The translations under genes were made by a program, and so were the position numbers. The notes beneath the pieces are model-generated. The model did no database searches, had not been told where the DNA came from, and worked only from the letters and a program-made list of their open reading frames with translations. From Camelus ferus (taxonomy: Eukaryota), in contig NC_045697.1 in the NCBI RefSeq assembly GCF_009834535.1, positions 99,326,001 through 99,390,000 on the forward strand: a stretch of DNA of 64,000 nucleotides. The letters run 5' to 3'. The stretch's first letter is position 1; each line of letters opens with the position of its first letter. Positions 1-12,745 of this stretch are shown one piece after another.

Positions 1-23
1 GTGTTTCTGTGAACTGTTGGGTG

Positions 24-75
24 AGTGTGTGTGTGTGTGAGAGAGAGACAGAGACAGAGACAGAGACAGAGAGAC
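24..75. repeat. Compound microsatellite (GT)n-(GA)n-(GAGACA)n
   Basis: Read directly from the sequence. Confidence 0.95.
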
Positions 76-649
76 TGGCTGAGAGGCAGAAACAACATGT
101 GAGGCAAGTAGAGACACAATGGTTTGGGAGGGGTGATATGACACCCAGACCAGTAGTAATAAGAAGAGCTGTGCCTTTGGGGTAATAAAGTACTTTCACA
201 CAGAATCATTATTTTATCCTCTTAGCAAACCTCTGGGGCAGGTCATGTGCTGGTCTGATGGTTCTACAGAGGAAAGGGCAGTATTTTGGAGGAGGTGGAG
301 TGGGGAGGGGTGGACGACACCCATAGCAAGGAGGAACGTGGCTAAGGTGAGTAGGTCTCTGCCGACACAGAAGGGCCCCATCCCCAATAGAGTCCAAGGG
401 GTCCCCTGGGCCAGTGTGTCCATAATCAAGATACTCGTTTTTCCTTTAGATTTTTAGCAGTTTTAGTAAAGTTAAAAATAAAAAGCTCTTATTGCCTTCT
501 CCGTGACTTTGCATAAAATTGGGCAGGATCAGGGAGCTTGGAATGAAGATGATGATCCTACTATTAAAATAATGAAGATTTTAGGATGGAAGATATTGGG
601 ATAACTATCAAGATTCCTGTCTCTTACTCTTACTGATTCTAAAAGGTGG

Positions 650-790
650 GTAGGTTTTATTATAACCACCTTACAGAGGAGGAAATTTAGGCATAGTGAG
701 ATTAAGCCTCAGATAACAGAGCTGGGAGTGGGATGGGGTGGCTCAACCTGGATTCAAATTCAGACTCAGGTCTGACTACATAGCCCACAA
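650..790 (-). mobile_element. MIR SINE fragment
   Basis: ttacagaggaggaaatttaggcatagtgagattaag...ggattcaaattcagac resembles the reverse MIR core. Confidence 0.7.
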
Positions 791-859
791 TTTCCCCTCA
801 TGCAGACGGTGAAGTCCTGCCTTCATCAATGGCCCTGGGCTCCAATGCTCATCATGGTC

Positions 860-1560
860 ATGTTCTTTCAGACTGTTTTCAGGAATCATCCTTGATTCCA
901 CCCTCTCCCCACCACCCATACTCAGTTAAACCTCAAAGGCTATCTGTTCTCATTATGAATGGATTTCATTCTCATCCTTCCAACCCAACCCAGCACCTCA
1001 GTTCAGATAATCAACACTTCTGTCATGATTTCCGCAGCAGCTCCTGACGAGCCTCTCTGCTCCAGTCTTGACTCTTTCTTCTACCTATTCTCTGCACCGT
1101 GGCTGTGGTTTTCTTGATAAAATGTGAACTCCTCCCCCTCTTCCGGAGCTATCCGCTGTCTTCAGCATCACCAAAGTCCCACACCCAAGCCCTGCACAAC
1201 TTGGTCCTCATCCCTGCTTACCTCTCTGGTCTTAGCTCTCACCTCCAAACTTCTTCCCCTCCACTGGCCCTCCAACACCAATCAACTCTAAACCTTCAGC
1301 TACACGTAATTATTTGTAGCTCTCAGGACACACTGTTCTGAGTCTTTGCATGTGTTATACTCTCACCAACTTCTTCACTTGACCAATTCTATGTGTCCAT
1401 CAGGATTCAGTTGAAACAGTATGTTCGATGCAGTCTCTCTTAACAGCCCCTCCCCATACCTCCTAATCTTGGAGACCCCTCTGTGTGCTCCCATGGCATC
1501 CTAACATCCTATCACAACTGTTTCCTTTTCCTTCAGGTGATTGTTCGAATGAATGAATAC
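860..1560 (+). mobile_element. L2 LINE 3' fragment
   Basis: Pyrimidine-rich L2-like body ending in the L2 tail ...ttgttcgaatgaatgaat. Confidence 0.7.
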
Positions 1561-2371
1561 TAAAAAGATTTCTCAAATAACCACACTCGGTTATGTAACA
1601 GATCCCCAAGCAGGCACTTGAGAATGTTGGCCTGTCTAGTGTTTTAATGATAATTGAGTAAATGTACAATTTGTTTTGGCTATTTTAAAATGCTGGAAAT
1701 GGCTGGTAGACTGTCCCCTCCTTAATAGTTTTGAGGACTCTAAGGGTCCAGGAAGCCTATGCTGAGAACAACTCGAGAGAATTATGAAGAGAATCATGGA
1801 GAAGCAGAGTGAAACTGAAACTCAGACTTTATATAACATCACCAAGGTCACATGTTTTGTCAACCATGTGAACCCAACATGTTGGGTATTTTCATAGTTG
1901 AATTTTAAATTTCCTTACAAAGGTTTCAAGGGGTTTTCACCTGCCAAAGCACCCTCTCCAACCAAATGCACTTCCTTCACCAAACATTAGAAACACAATT
2001 ACTTCTCAAGACTTGAAGACGAATTGGAATCTCAGCTTACAGATGCTATAACTAATTTAGAAGCTCGCAGAGAATAAATATTTTGGTCATTTTGATCTGC
2101 TCTGGTCAAACCAGAAGATGATTCACTGAATCAATTTTCAAGTGGTTATTTTCTTGTCATTCTACCAACAGATAATAGGCATATGAACATATGGAAAAAT
2201 TTGACTTGCTTATTTAATATATTTGATGAGTGACCCCGAATACTCATGTGCTAGATATTTTAATTAGTAGAATATGAATAGTGTGCAAAACATTTCCAGA
2301 ACTGTCTTTGAGATTTAAGCACCCTTAGAATAAGGATCTTTTGAGGTTTATTTAAAGGTTCAGTTTTCTAG

Positions 2372-2575
2372 ACCAGTGATTATCCAACTTTAAAGTGACT
2401 TGGGAAGCTGTTAAAAATGCAGATTTCTTGGTCCCACTTCCACAGTTTGATTTAGTAACTAAAGGTGGGGCCCAGATTGGGACACAGGCTGATGACACAA
2501 GAAAGATAACAAAAACCTCAGATTCCTCTGAGGTAGTTGGTCCAGTGTCCCTAGTTTTCAGAAATTCTAATCTAG
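2372..2575. mobile_element. MER5-type hAT-Charlie MITE
   Basis: tgggaagctgttaaaaatgcagatttcttggtcccac...ggtggggcccag is the MER5 core. Confidence 0.7.
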
Positions 2576-3940
2576 ACTCATAATTCTTTTGGAGTTCCAA
2601 CATTCTGAAGTTGTTGGTTTGGTTAAAAAAATACACACAAACTCAATTGTCAATATAAAATGCTTCCGAGTTAATTGGTCATACTCTGGGACAGCTCATA
2701 AACAGGACTAAAAAAACAATGCTCTCAGTTGAGATATTTCAAAGCTCAGACTATCAAGAATTCTGCAGAAGCCTTTTGCATTTCTACAAGATTTGACATG
2801 AAAATGTTTGTTTTTTATATTTTAGGTTTCTCTGAGTAGGGTCATAGCCTAGATCATTTTCTCCCTCCACATCATATTCTTACTTTAATTTTCATTCCTC
2901 ATGAACTGAGGGCGCGCTGTATGCCTGTGTGTCAGGTGCAAAGGGATGGATTCATTCCCAAGAACAAAGACCACAACAGGAAGTGAGCACATGTGACATA
3001 TATTGTCAAAAGGTGAATATGTTTGTTTTAAGGGGGTCTACAGGAAAAGTAGAGCAACACAAAAGAAAAAGAGAAAGTTTATCACGACTCCTGAAATCTG
3101 CCTCGTCAGCCTTACACACTCCTAACATTAGTTTAGAGACAAAACAATTTTATTATGTAATGAAAGGCACATGAATTTAAAAATACACACATGAACACAC
3201 ACATTTCCCTGAGAGCCAAGAATCTAAAACCTCTACATGTGACCATCCCAGAATACAGCTTCTCTGGACCTAGTCTGTAGGAAATTCTGGGGCTCTGGAG
3301 GGGATGTCAGTCAAAAATCTCTGTTCTGAAAGCCTCCAGGAAGAAAAGGATCACCTTAAAATGGGCCTTGCCACCTAGTAAGCATCTGAGAGGCCCAAGG
3401 GGATGCTGGATACTGCTGAGCCCCTAGCCCAAAGGAACAGGACCATTCAGAACATTTTGGGAGACTTTGAGTTTATTTTTAGAAATGACTATGATCTTTT
3501 TCCTTTTTTGCTATGAGTCAGATTTAAAATTCTATTCCCAAGTAGTCTTCGGTGTGTATACACGAGAGTGGTGGTTCCTCTTTTCAGTATTTGGAAGGTG
3601 GATACCCACTCAATTCCAGCTGTGAGCCACCAAGGGAAGGAACTCTTTAAAAGCCTTTTAAATCTTTTTTGTGTGTGGCTGAATTTTTAGGCATGCTTTT
3701 ATCCTTTAGTTATGCCTAAAGTGCACCGACTAAATCCACAACAACACATTTAGAATGGATCAAAAAACACCAGGAGCAGTGGCAGTCAATGCCCTGGACG
3801 TTTTGAAATGCTTCAGTCCCAAGATCTCACATCCCTGTATTTCCAAACACATAAATGTTCATAGAGGCTCTTGGCTTTCTCTCAATTGAATGAATAAATT
3901 CTATTCTCATCACAAGTCACAGGAATTCTGTGTACTCTTT

Positions 3941-4090
3941 TTTTAATATATATTAAAAATTTTGTTTGTTTCGGGAGAGGTACTTAGGTGCATTTATTTA
4001 TTTATTTTAAATGGAGGTACTGGGGATTGAACTCAGGACTTTGTGCATGCTAGATGTGCACTCTACCACTGAGCTATACTCTTCCACCCC
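3941..4090 (-). mobile_element. Camelid tRNA-derived SINE (Vic-1-like)
   Basis: Reverse strand has a tRNA-like head (TATAGCTCAGTGGTAGAG...GAGTTCAATCCCCAGTACCTCC) and an AT-rich tail; 11-bp TSD gtgtactcttt at 3930-3940 and 4091-4101. Confidence 0.9.
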
Positions 4091-4369
4091 GTGTACTCTT
4101 TATATCTGAAGTAATAAAATTTTTTCACAGGCTCCATATAGTTCAAATGGGCGTTTCCATGAAATTATTAACTACTCATTAAAAATGAGACTGTTATCTC
4201 TGTAAATGCCTAGCTTCTATGACTTTCAAATTCTCCTCACATAGTTTTCAGTAGAAAACTCTAAACTTCCAAGTCTTTATTAGAGAATTTGGTTCACTGC
4301 TTACTAAATGTTTCAAGATATTATTGTTATTTGATATTCTAATTGGCTGAGAGCTTAGGATGTAAGATC

Positions 4370-4485
4370 AAGCTAAATGCTTTATCTGTATTCACTTAGT
4401 GAATCTTCACAATACCCCTATGATGGATGAGGAATGGGCTCAGAGAGGGTAGTCATTTGTCCCAGGGTACACAGCAGAGCCCTGC
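4370..4485 (-). mobile_element. MIR fragment
   Basis: aatcttcacaatacccctatga...gatgaggaatgggctcagagagggtagtcatttgtcccaggg. Confidence 0.7.
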
Positions 4486-6593
4486 TTTGTGCTGCCTGCC
4501 CCTCAAATATGTGTTCTCACCTACTGTGTTCTTCTGCCTCTGATGACTCCTATCCTGATCAAACACCAGCAAACCTTGCTGCGAAATTCTGGGAAGTGTT
4601 CTAGACATCTGGGTCGTGACGGTCTAAGCAGGATGTGTTCATGTTTTTGAGTTAGATCTGCCTGACTCACAGGAAAGCTCCGCACTCCTCCAAGAGTAAA
4701 GATGTTACTCTGCAAATTTAGCATGTGTTTGAGAAGTGATGAGAGCTGCAGCCCTGAAAACTTCAGTAGGGAGCAGATGTGTGCGTCCTGGTGGCAGCTT
4801 CCTTCACTCAGTAGCTTTCTGTAGGAAAAGCTCCACGGAGATTTGTAGTTGCTGTCAGAATTCCACAACCTGAACCTTGAGCTGCTCTGTCTTTTCAGAT
4901 ACATAAACACATGCGTGCGAGCGCACATACACACACACTCTCTCTCTCACACACACATTACACTGCATTTATTTTTAAGGATAAGAAACAATTTCCCGAG
5001 GAATATCTCCCACTGGAAGTCATGCATACATTATCTAGTCAAACCTGCTTGTATTCATGACCTTGTATTAAATCTGAAATTCCTAATGGGATTTTATTTA
5101 GAGCTGAGCTGCGAAGAGATGACGGCCAAGGAGGTTGGTGAGAAAGAAGGGAAAAACCATAGGGAGGTAAAGGGCCAATGAAAAGATCAGATCTTATCTG
5201 CACCACTCACAGCTGGAGACACACCGACAACACAGACCAGAGAACAGGCGTGTTAGAACGAAGCAGGAGGTTTCAACCTGCTCATTTTCTGGGAGGCGGG
5301 GGGAGAAATACTTCAGGGAGGCTGAGTACTTTTCGCTCCCTTGGGTAGGAATCAAGAATATTTTTATTTCACTGTTTACTCAACATGTCCCTTCTTTTTA
5401 ACGAGAAATCCTTCTTTTTGTTTCCAGCCCCTTCCAGGAGGGCCTCCAAGGCACTGAAGTCCTGCACACGCTGCTTACAGGATGCAAACAGCCCACAGCA
5501 CCTGGGCCTGACACTGCTTTTGAATAAAATCCCAGCCTGGGTTTATCTCCCTTTGGAAAACAGAAGTATCGAAATAAGATCGTCCAGTCTATAAAAAGCC
5601 TCTAGTTTCCCTCAAAGAGGTCAGACCTTGTTCTTCCTTGTGAGTTGAAGTTTACATAAAGCAAAGCTAAGAGCTACCTCCTGGAAGGGAATTCATCTCT
5701 CTCTCACACACACACACTCACATACCATCTCAGGGAGCAAACAGGACGTTATTCTGATTTCTGGACGGCATCTGACTCTCACATCTCTGTTTCTGAGCAG
5801 ATTTTTACCCCAAAGTTGAAAGCTACAGGACTCGCCTTCATTTGCCAGCCAATTGAGCACCATTATTTACATGTCTTTAGAGTGACTTTGTGCCCAAATA
5901 TGAGACAAGGCAGAAGGAGAGGATTTTTCTCTTCAGGATGAATCACCCGTGCGTGATGACATCCACACGTAGGCAGGTGCTTTCTCACATTCAGGCCAAT
6001 GTGGGTATGACTTAACCAGCTCTGAGAATGTTCCAGCGAGCAGCGGCACGCGGGGCACCATGCCCTGGATCCACAAAACAGCAGAGCTCCGGAGGCCGTC
6101 GGCAGAGCTTTCCTCTGTGGGGAGAAGCTGCCCAGCCTCATCCCACCAGCTGAAATTCATTTTTCAAAAGAAATTAGACCGAGGTACTGTTGTTATAGCA
6201 ACAGAGTCGCTTACACAGCCTCTTCCCACAGCCTCACTCTGGCTCCATGGGCAGCGATTTCTGTGACGCACAAGGAGTGACCAAGGCTGATCCTGGGTGG
6301 ACCCTTTCTTTGCCCTTTAAGGAGCATAAACCTAAATCCTCTACATCCAATCTGAAGCCCAAAGACCAGACTTTCGTGTCCTGCAGAGTTCTCCCAGCCC
6401 TGAAAGTCGAGCAGTGAAGATCAGAGAAAAACCTTTGCATCTGATGTTTCCATCTCTTGGGTAGGAACTGGACACATGGCCACTGAATTTCCTGGGGGTT
6501 AACCAAGTATGAGCCACTGCAGACTGCTAATTTCCAGTGAGTTTGGTCATGTTGGCCATCACCATCACATTCTGAAGGGCCTACGTACCTTAG

Positions 6594-6755
6594 TCCTCTG
6601 GGATTTTATTCTTGCGGGTGTGGAACTCCCAATATAATAGCCCACTCCAACCCCTGGAAACAACAATCAACTCCTCCTCTGGGATTTTATTCTTGGGGGT
6701 GTGGAACTCCCAATATAATAGCCCACTCCAACCCCTGGAAACAACAATCAACTCC
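6594..6755. repeat. Tandem duplication, 2 x 81 bp, 1 mismatch
   Basis: 6594-6674 and 6675-6755 are identical except C6615/G6696. Confidence 0.97.
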
Positions 6756-6889
6756 AAAATGCCCCTTTCTTGACGAAAATGACTTATTACTGAATGTTTA
6801 TAGTAAATAACCTTTCAAAGGAGACAGCAACATAGTAGTCTACATTCACCCCAGGGGTACCCCAAGGTGGTAAAAACCTATGAAGTCGG

Positions 6890-7267
6890 TGCTTATGATG
6901 AATGTGAACCGTATCCCCCCAAATTCATATGTGGGTGCTCTAACCCCCAACAGCTCAGAATGTGAGGGTATCTGGAATAGGATCTTTAGTGAAGTCCTGC
7001 AGGTGGGCCCTCATCCAATCTGACTGGTGCCCTTCTTTTAAGAAGAAGAAATTAGGACACAGATACACACAGAAGGAAGACCATGTGAAGACACAGGGAG
7101 AAGATGGCCACGGACAAGCCAAGGAGAGAGACCTCAGCAGAAACCAACCGTGCTGACACCTTGATCTTGGACTTCTGGTCTCCAGACCTGTGAGGAGATG
7201 GATTCCTGATGTTTAAGCCTTCAGTCTGTGTGCTACTTTGTGATGGCAGCCCAAGCACACTAATGCA
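6890..7267 (+). mobile_element. MaLR solo LTR (MLT1A/B-like)
   Basis: ccccccaaattcatatgt...taacccc...ccaatctgactggtg...accttgatcttggacttc...ctaatgca. Confidence 0.85.
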
Positions 7268-7359
7268 ACTAACCTGATTTAAACGTATCTCTGTCCTCTC
7301 AGTGTCTTACACAGGTTAGGTGCTCAATCACTATTTTAAAGGAATATCTTGCACGGATG

Positions 7360-7800
7360 TGTTCATGCTTTGATTCAACTAACGGAACACCTACAGGGTG
7401 CCAGGTTCCAGATCAGGCACCAGGGACGTGACAGTGAACAAGTTTTGGTTTCTGACCTCGAGAACCTTCTGAGTGAAGGGGAAAGAAACAGATGAGCAAG
7501 GACAAGGTAGTTGGATGTAGACGCCTGAGCTGTGGAAACACCACAGAGGGGCATTTCCTCAGTCCAGATGAGATAAGGCTTCCTGGGGGGACTGATATGT
7601 AAGCTGAGACTTGAAGGATGGATTCATAGTGAGGAGAAGACACCAAAGGAGAAGAAAGCCTGGCTTCTAAGTGAAACTTAAGAAGCTGTGTCAAGGGGGA
7701 AGCACTGAGAAATGAGGCTGGAGAAGGCAGAGCGACATAGATCATGGAGAGCTTGTCTGCCGTGGTAAGATGTTTGGACTTTCCCCAGAAGGTCTTTAGA
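7360..7800 (-). mobile_element. L2 fragment
   Basis: Reverse L2 3' end (cacctacagggtgccagg...agctgagacttgaaggatg). Confidence 0.65.
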
Positions 7801-7893
7801 GACCCTGGAGGAAAAAGAGTCCCTTTGCAATGCTAACTTCCAATTTCATAGTGATAGACATTGGTTGCAAAAGGTAAGGTGTTTGAAGTGATC

Positions 7894-8274
7894 TGTATTA
7901 GTTTGCTAGGGCTACCATGACAAAATACCACAGACTGGGAGGCTTAAACCACAGAAATGTATTTTCTCACAGCTCTGGAGGCTGGAGGTTCAAGACCAAG
8001 GAGTTGGCAGTTTTGGTTTCTCCTGGGGCCTCTCTCCTTGGCGTGCAGATGGCCACCTTCTCACTGTGACCTTTTCTCCATGTGTGTGTGTATCCCTGGT
8101 GTCTTCCTGTGTGTTCAAATTTTCTCTTCTTAGAAGGACACCAGTCAGATTGGATTAAGGCCAATCTTAACAGCCTCATTTTTTAACTTCCTCACCTTTT
8201 AAAGGCCCTATCTCCAAATACAGTCCCGTTTCAACAGCTGAATTTTGGGAGAGGACACAATTCAGACCATAACA
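7894..8274 (-). mobile_element. MaLR solo LTR (MLT1A/B-like) with 5-bp TSD
   Basis: tgtattagtttgctagggct...cagaccataaca; TG...CA ends; TSD tgatc at 7889-7893 and 8275-8279. Confidence 0.9.
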
Positions 8275-9384
8275 TGATCCAATATCATTCCCTGCATGGC
8301 TGATTAAGCAAATAGCTAAAGTTATTCCTAACTTATAAATCAATACAGCACAGACTTATCTGAGGCAAGTAGCTGGACAGTTGCTATTTGATACACAGCT
8401 TAACAAGAGTTGTTTTTGTTTTTTTTTAAAGCATTTGTCTCCCAATTGTAATGCCAAGTTCAAAAACCACTTCATATTTGCCCCTGAACTATTAGCAAAG
8501 AGGTGTAGTCAGAGATGACACCAAGCAAAGCCTCAGAAGTAGCCTGTCATGATTTAGAAGACTCTGAATGGTGACGTTTGCTTTCTGAAGCTTAGTAAAT
8601 GTTACTTTCCACTGATAATCCATCTGACCTCGGGGAGATGCACTGAGGGAAAAACCAAGGCACAGAGAGTGGGGCCACAACCTAATTCAGGGAAAGAACA
8701 AGGAATGAGAGTCAGAATTTCCTGCTCCAGCCCAATGCCCTGTGCAATCAATCACTTTGCTTGTAACAGATCCAGAGTTTGTCAACTTGCTGTTCAAATT
8801 GTGGTGCATTGTAAATGTACTGTAACGATATAGAGTCAAAAGTATGTATTTCACTGGTTTTATCTTTCTTACCTAGCCATCCAGATATCATTTATGTGGT
8901 TTCCATTATAATGCTACAGTTAAGTTTGCATAATATTTTCTGTAACCACCTACTTTTGCATGGTTATGGCTCTCTGAAACTCCACTGGGACAGAATGTTT
9001 TTCACCTTGCTCTCAGTTTCAAAATAAAATTTTTTTAGTAACAACCAGTGATGACTTTAGGGATATTTTGAAGTTATGTGAATGCAAAAGAAAGGATTGT
9101 TTTTTTCACTGCAATGAATATTTTCTTACCCTTTGTCCAATCAAACACCACAAATCAAAAAGAGCTGAACATAAAGTCATCAAACAAGGCAATGTAATAG
9201 ATTTCACTGAAGACTGCCCACACTGCCTGATTTAACTAAATGAGGTTTGCATTCAGATGCTTATCAGTATTTAAAAATACCTTCAGTGCATACACAACAG
9301 AAAACGTCAGGAACTTGAAAAGCAAAACTACGCATGTGGCATTTCCAGATCTCACTAAAGCACAGCAACTAAACAAACTTAATT

Positions 9385-9490
9385 ATGTGATCGAGCAGCA
9401 GTGACTTAACCTCTCTGGACCTTCGTTTCCTCAATTACAAAAGGAGAGGGCTGGGCCACCTGATCTCCAAGGCTTGTTTCACTCTGTTTG
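9385..9490 (+). mobile_element. MIR/MIR3 fragment
   Basis: gtgacttaacctctctggaccttcgtttcctcaattacaaaagg. Confidence 0.6.
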
Positions 9491-10580
9491 GTCTCTGGAT
9501 TCAAATCAATGACTCACTTTCAAAATCACCCTGGAAGGCACTGTTAACTCAGAAGGGTAGCTTAATTTGGCAGGTGGTTACTGAGTAACTAAGGGCCTCA
9601 TTTTAAGTCAGAGAGGAAGAATTCATTACATCCTTCTGCAAAGGTCTCTTGGCTTTAGTAAATTTGAAAGAAAAATTACACTGAATCCTAATCACAAGGG
9701 TCTTAAAAAAAAAAAAAAGGAAACCCAAGTGTGTAAATTACATGGTTCATTTAAAAGAATTTCTCACTTTAGGATGGTCTGCTTGGTGTCAGGTGCTGGG
9801 CTGGGTGCAGAAGATGGGAAAGATGCCTAAGATCGCTGCTTTCAAGGAAATTTAGAGCCTGTGCACTTTTTCCTTTTGTTCCTAAGTATCTATGGGGAAA
9901 TGTTCCCATTACGCTTAGCACTTGTCTGATGTAGACAACAGTGATGTTCCATTCTGGCCACCATAACTAGGCTAAGCTGGCTAATTAACAGAACGGAGCG
10001 TGGTTGCTTCTCCACCTCCACATGAGTGATTTTGAATAAATGGCCTTAAATTCCATAAAAAAGCTAAATGTGCCAGTTGAGTAATTGCACCAGGTTGCAA
10101 GTAAGAGTTGTCCACCTTTTCTGGGCATGGATTATCATGTATTTCACCAAGAAGATGAAGATAGGTGTGGGCTTACAGTCATGGGCTCCGGATCCTAGAA
10201 TCAATTCTCTCATGTCCAAGCTGTGTGTTCTCTGCAAGTCAGATGACTATTTTCTACCTCCATTTTTGCCTGGACAAAATAATCTCTAAAATCCCTTACA
10301 GATCTAACAGCCTAGAATTTTAATCTCTCTAGGTCAATTAGGATAGAATTGGAAGATGCATCAATTGACATTTTAGGTCTCTTCTTAACTTTGTGGTTCT
10401 TTTCTAAAATATGTAACTAGTTCCTAAACTTAAAAGAATGAAAAAGTTTGCTACTATTGCTGTTTCTATGCATTGTGTAGTAAGACATGATTAATTCAAT
10501 TCCTGCTAATTTTGCCTTTAGCTGTAGCTTCACTAAGGACCAACCTGATATTTATCCTTATATACAAAAAAGAGAGCTTA

Positions 10581-12745
10581 ATTTCCTCTAAAGATCAGGA
10601 ACAAGACAAGAATGTCCACTCTTGCCACTTCTATTCAACATAGTTTGGAAGTCCTAGCCACAGCAATCAGAGAAGAAAAAGAAATGAATCAAAATCAGAA
10701 AAGAAACTGTCAACCTTTCACTGTTTGCAGATGACAAGATACTATACACAGAAAATTCTAAAGATGCTCCCAGAAAACTACTAGAGCTCATCAATGAATT
10801 CAGTTTAAATTGCAGGATACAAAATTAATATACAGAAATCAGTTGCATTTCTATACACTAACAACAAAATAGCAGAAAAAGAAATTAAGGAAACAATCTC
10901 ATTTACCATTGCATCAAAAAGAATAAAGTACCTAGGAATAAACCTACCTAAGGAGGCAAAAGACCTGTACTCTTAAAACTATAAGATACTGATGAAAGAA
11001 ACTGAAGACAACACAAACAGATGGAAAGATATACTGTGTTCTTGGACTGGAAGAATCAATACTGTTAAAATGGCCATACTACCCAAAGGCAATATACAGA
11101 TTCAATGCAATCTCTATTAAGTTATCAATGGCATCTTTCACAGACCTGGAACAAAAATTTTTTTAATTTGTATGGAAACACAAAACACCCCAAGTAGCCA
11201 AAACAGTCTTGAGAGAGAACAGAGCAGGAAGGATCACAGTCCCTGACTTCAGCCTAGACTGCAAAGCTTCAGTAATCAAAACAGTATGGTACTGGCACAA
11301 AAACAGACACATAGATCAATGGAACAGGATAGAAAGTCCAGAAATAAACCCATGCACTTACTCTTAATTAATCTACGACAAAGGAGGCAAGAATATACAA
11401 TGGAGAAAAGACAGTTTTTTTCAGTGAGTGGTGCTGGGAAAACTGGACAGCTACATGTAAAAGACTGAAATTAGAACATTCTCTAAAACCATATACAAAA
11501 ATAAACTCAAAATGCATTAAAGACCTAAATGTAAGACCTGAAGCCATAAAACTCCCAGGGGAAAACATAGGCAGAACACTCTTTGACATAAGTCACGGCA
11601 ATAATTTTTTGGATCCATCTCCTAGAGTAATGGAAATAAAAGCAAAATAAACAAATGGGACCTAAGTAAACTTAAAAGCTTTTGCATAGCAAAGGAAACC
11701 ATAAATAAAATGAAAAGACACCTACAGAATGGGAGAAAATATTTGCAAATGCTGCAACCAACAAGGGATTAATTTCCAAAATATACAAACAGCTCATATA
11801 GCTTAATATCAAAAAAACCCAAACCATGCAATAAAAAAATGGGCAGAAGATCTAAATAGACATTTCTTCAAAGAAGACACAGATGGCCAATAAGCACATG
11901 AAAAGATGCTCAACATCGTTAATTATTAGAGAAATGCAATTGAAACTACAATGAGGTTATCACCTCACACCAGTCAGAATGGCCATCATTAAAATGTTTA
12001 CAATAATAAATGCTGGAGAGGGTGTGAAGAAATGAGAACCCTCCTACACTGCTGGTTGTAATGTAAATTGGTGCAGCCACTATGGAGAACTGTATGGAGG
12101 CTCCTTAAAAAAAAATAACGGTTGCCATATGATCCGGCAATCCCACTCCTAGGCATGTATCTGGAGAAAACTACAATTTGAAAAGATACACACACCGCAA
12201 TGTGCACCCCATAGTGGCACTATTTACAACAGCCAAGACGTGGAAGCCACCTAAATGTCCATCGGCAGATGACTGGATAAATAAGTTGTGGTATGTTTAC
12301 ATAATGGAATACTACTCAGCCATAAAAAGAATAAAATAACATTTACAGCAACATGGATGGACCTACAGATTATGAATTAAGTGAAGTAAGTCACAAAGAC
12401 AAATATATGGTATCACTTATATGTAGAATCAAAAAAAGATACAAATGAACTTATTTACAAATCAGAAACAGACTCACAGACATAGAAAACAAACTATGGT
12501 TACAAAGGGGAAAGTGGGGTGGAGGGAGGGATAAATTAGGAGTCTGAGATTAGCAGATACACACTACTATACATAAAACAGATAAACAAGGTCCTACTGT
12601 ACAGCACAGGGAACTATATTCAGTATCTTGCAATAAATTATAAAGAAAAAGAATCTGAAAAAAATATATATGTAACTGAATCATCGTGCTCTACACCTGA
12701 AACTAACATAACATTGTAAATCAACCATACTTCATTAAAAAAGAG
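10581..12745 (+). mobile_element. 5'-truncated LINE-1 (decayed ORF2 RT/C-terminus plus 3' UTR)
   Basis: Encodes RT motif LFADD (10721-10735) and [16 protein letters not shown] (about 11287-11334) with frameshifts and stops; A-rich tail; TSD agagagctta at 10571-10580 and 12746-12755. Confidence 0.97.

Noticed and set aside
3941..4090. tRNA gene
   Set aside because: The tRNA-like head is followed by a SINE body and AT-rich tail and flanked by TSDs; the same applies to the 36.2-kb and 41.8-kb copies
6594..6755. CRISPR-like repeat array
   Set aside because: Only two directly abutting copies, no spacers, eukaryotic context
10581..12745. Active retrotransposon or novel reverse-transcriptase system
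   Set aside because: An ordinary 5'-truncated L1 with frameshifts and stops; no ORF1, endonuclease or promoter
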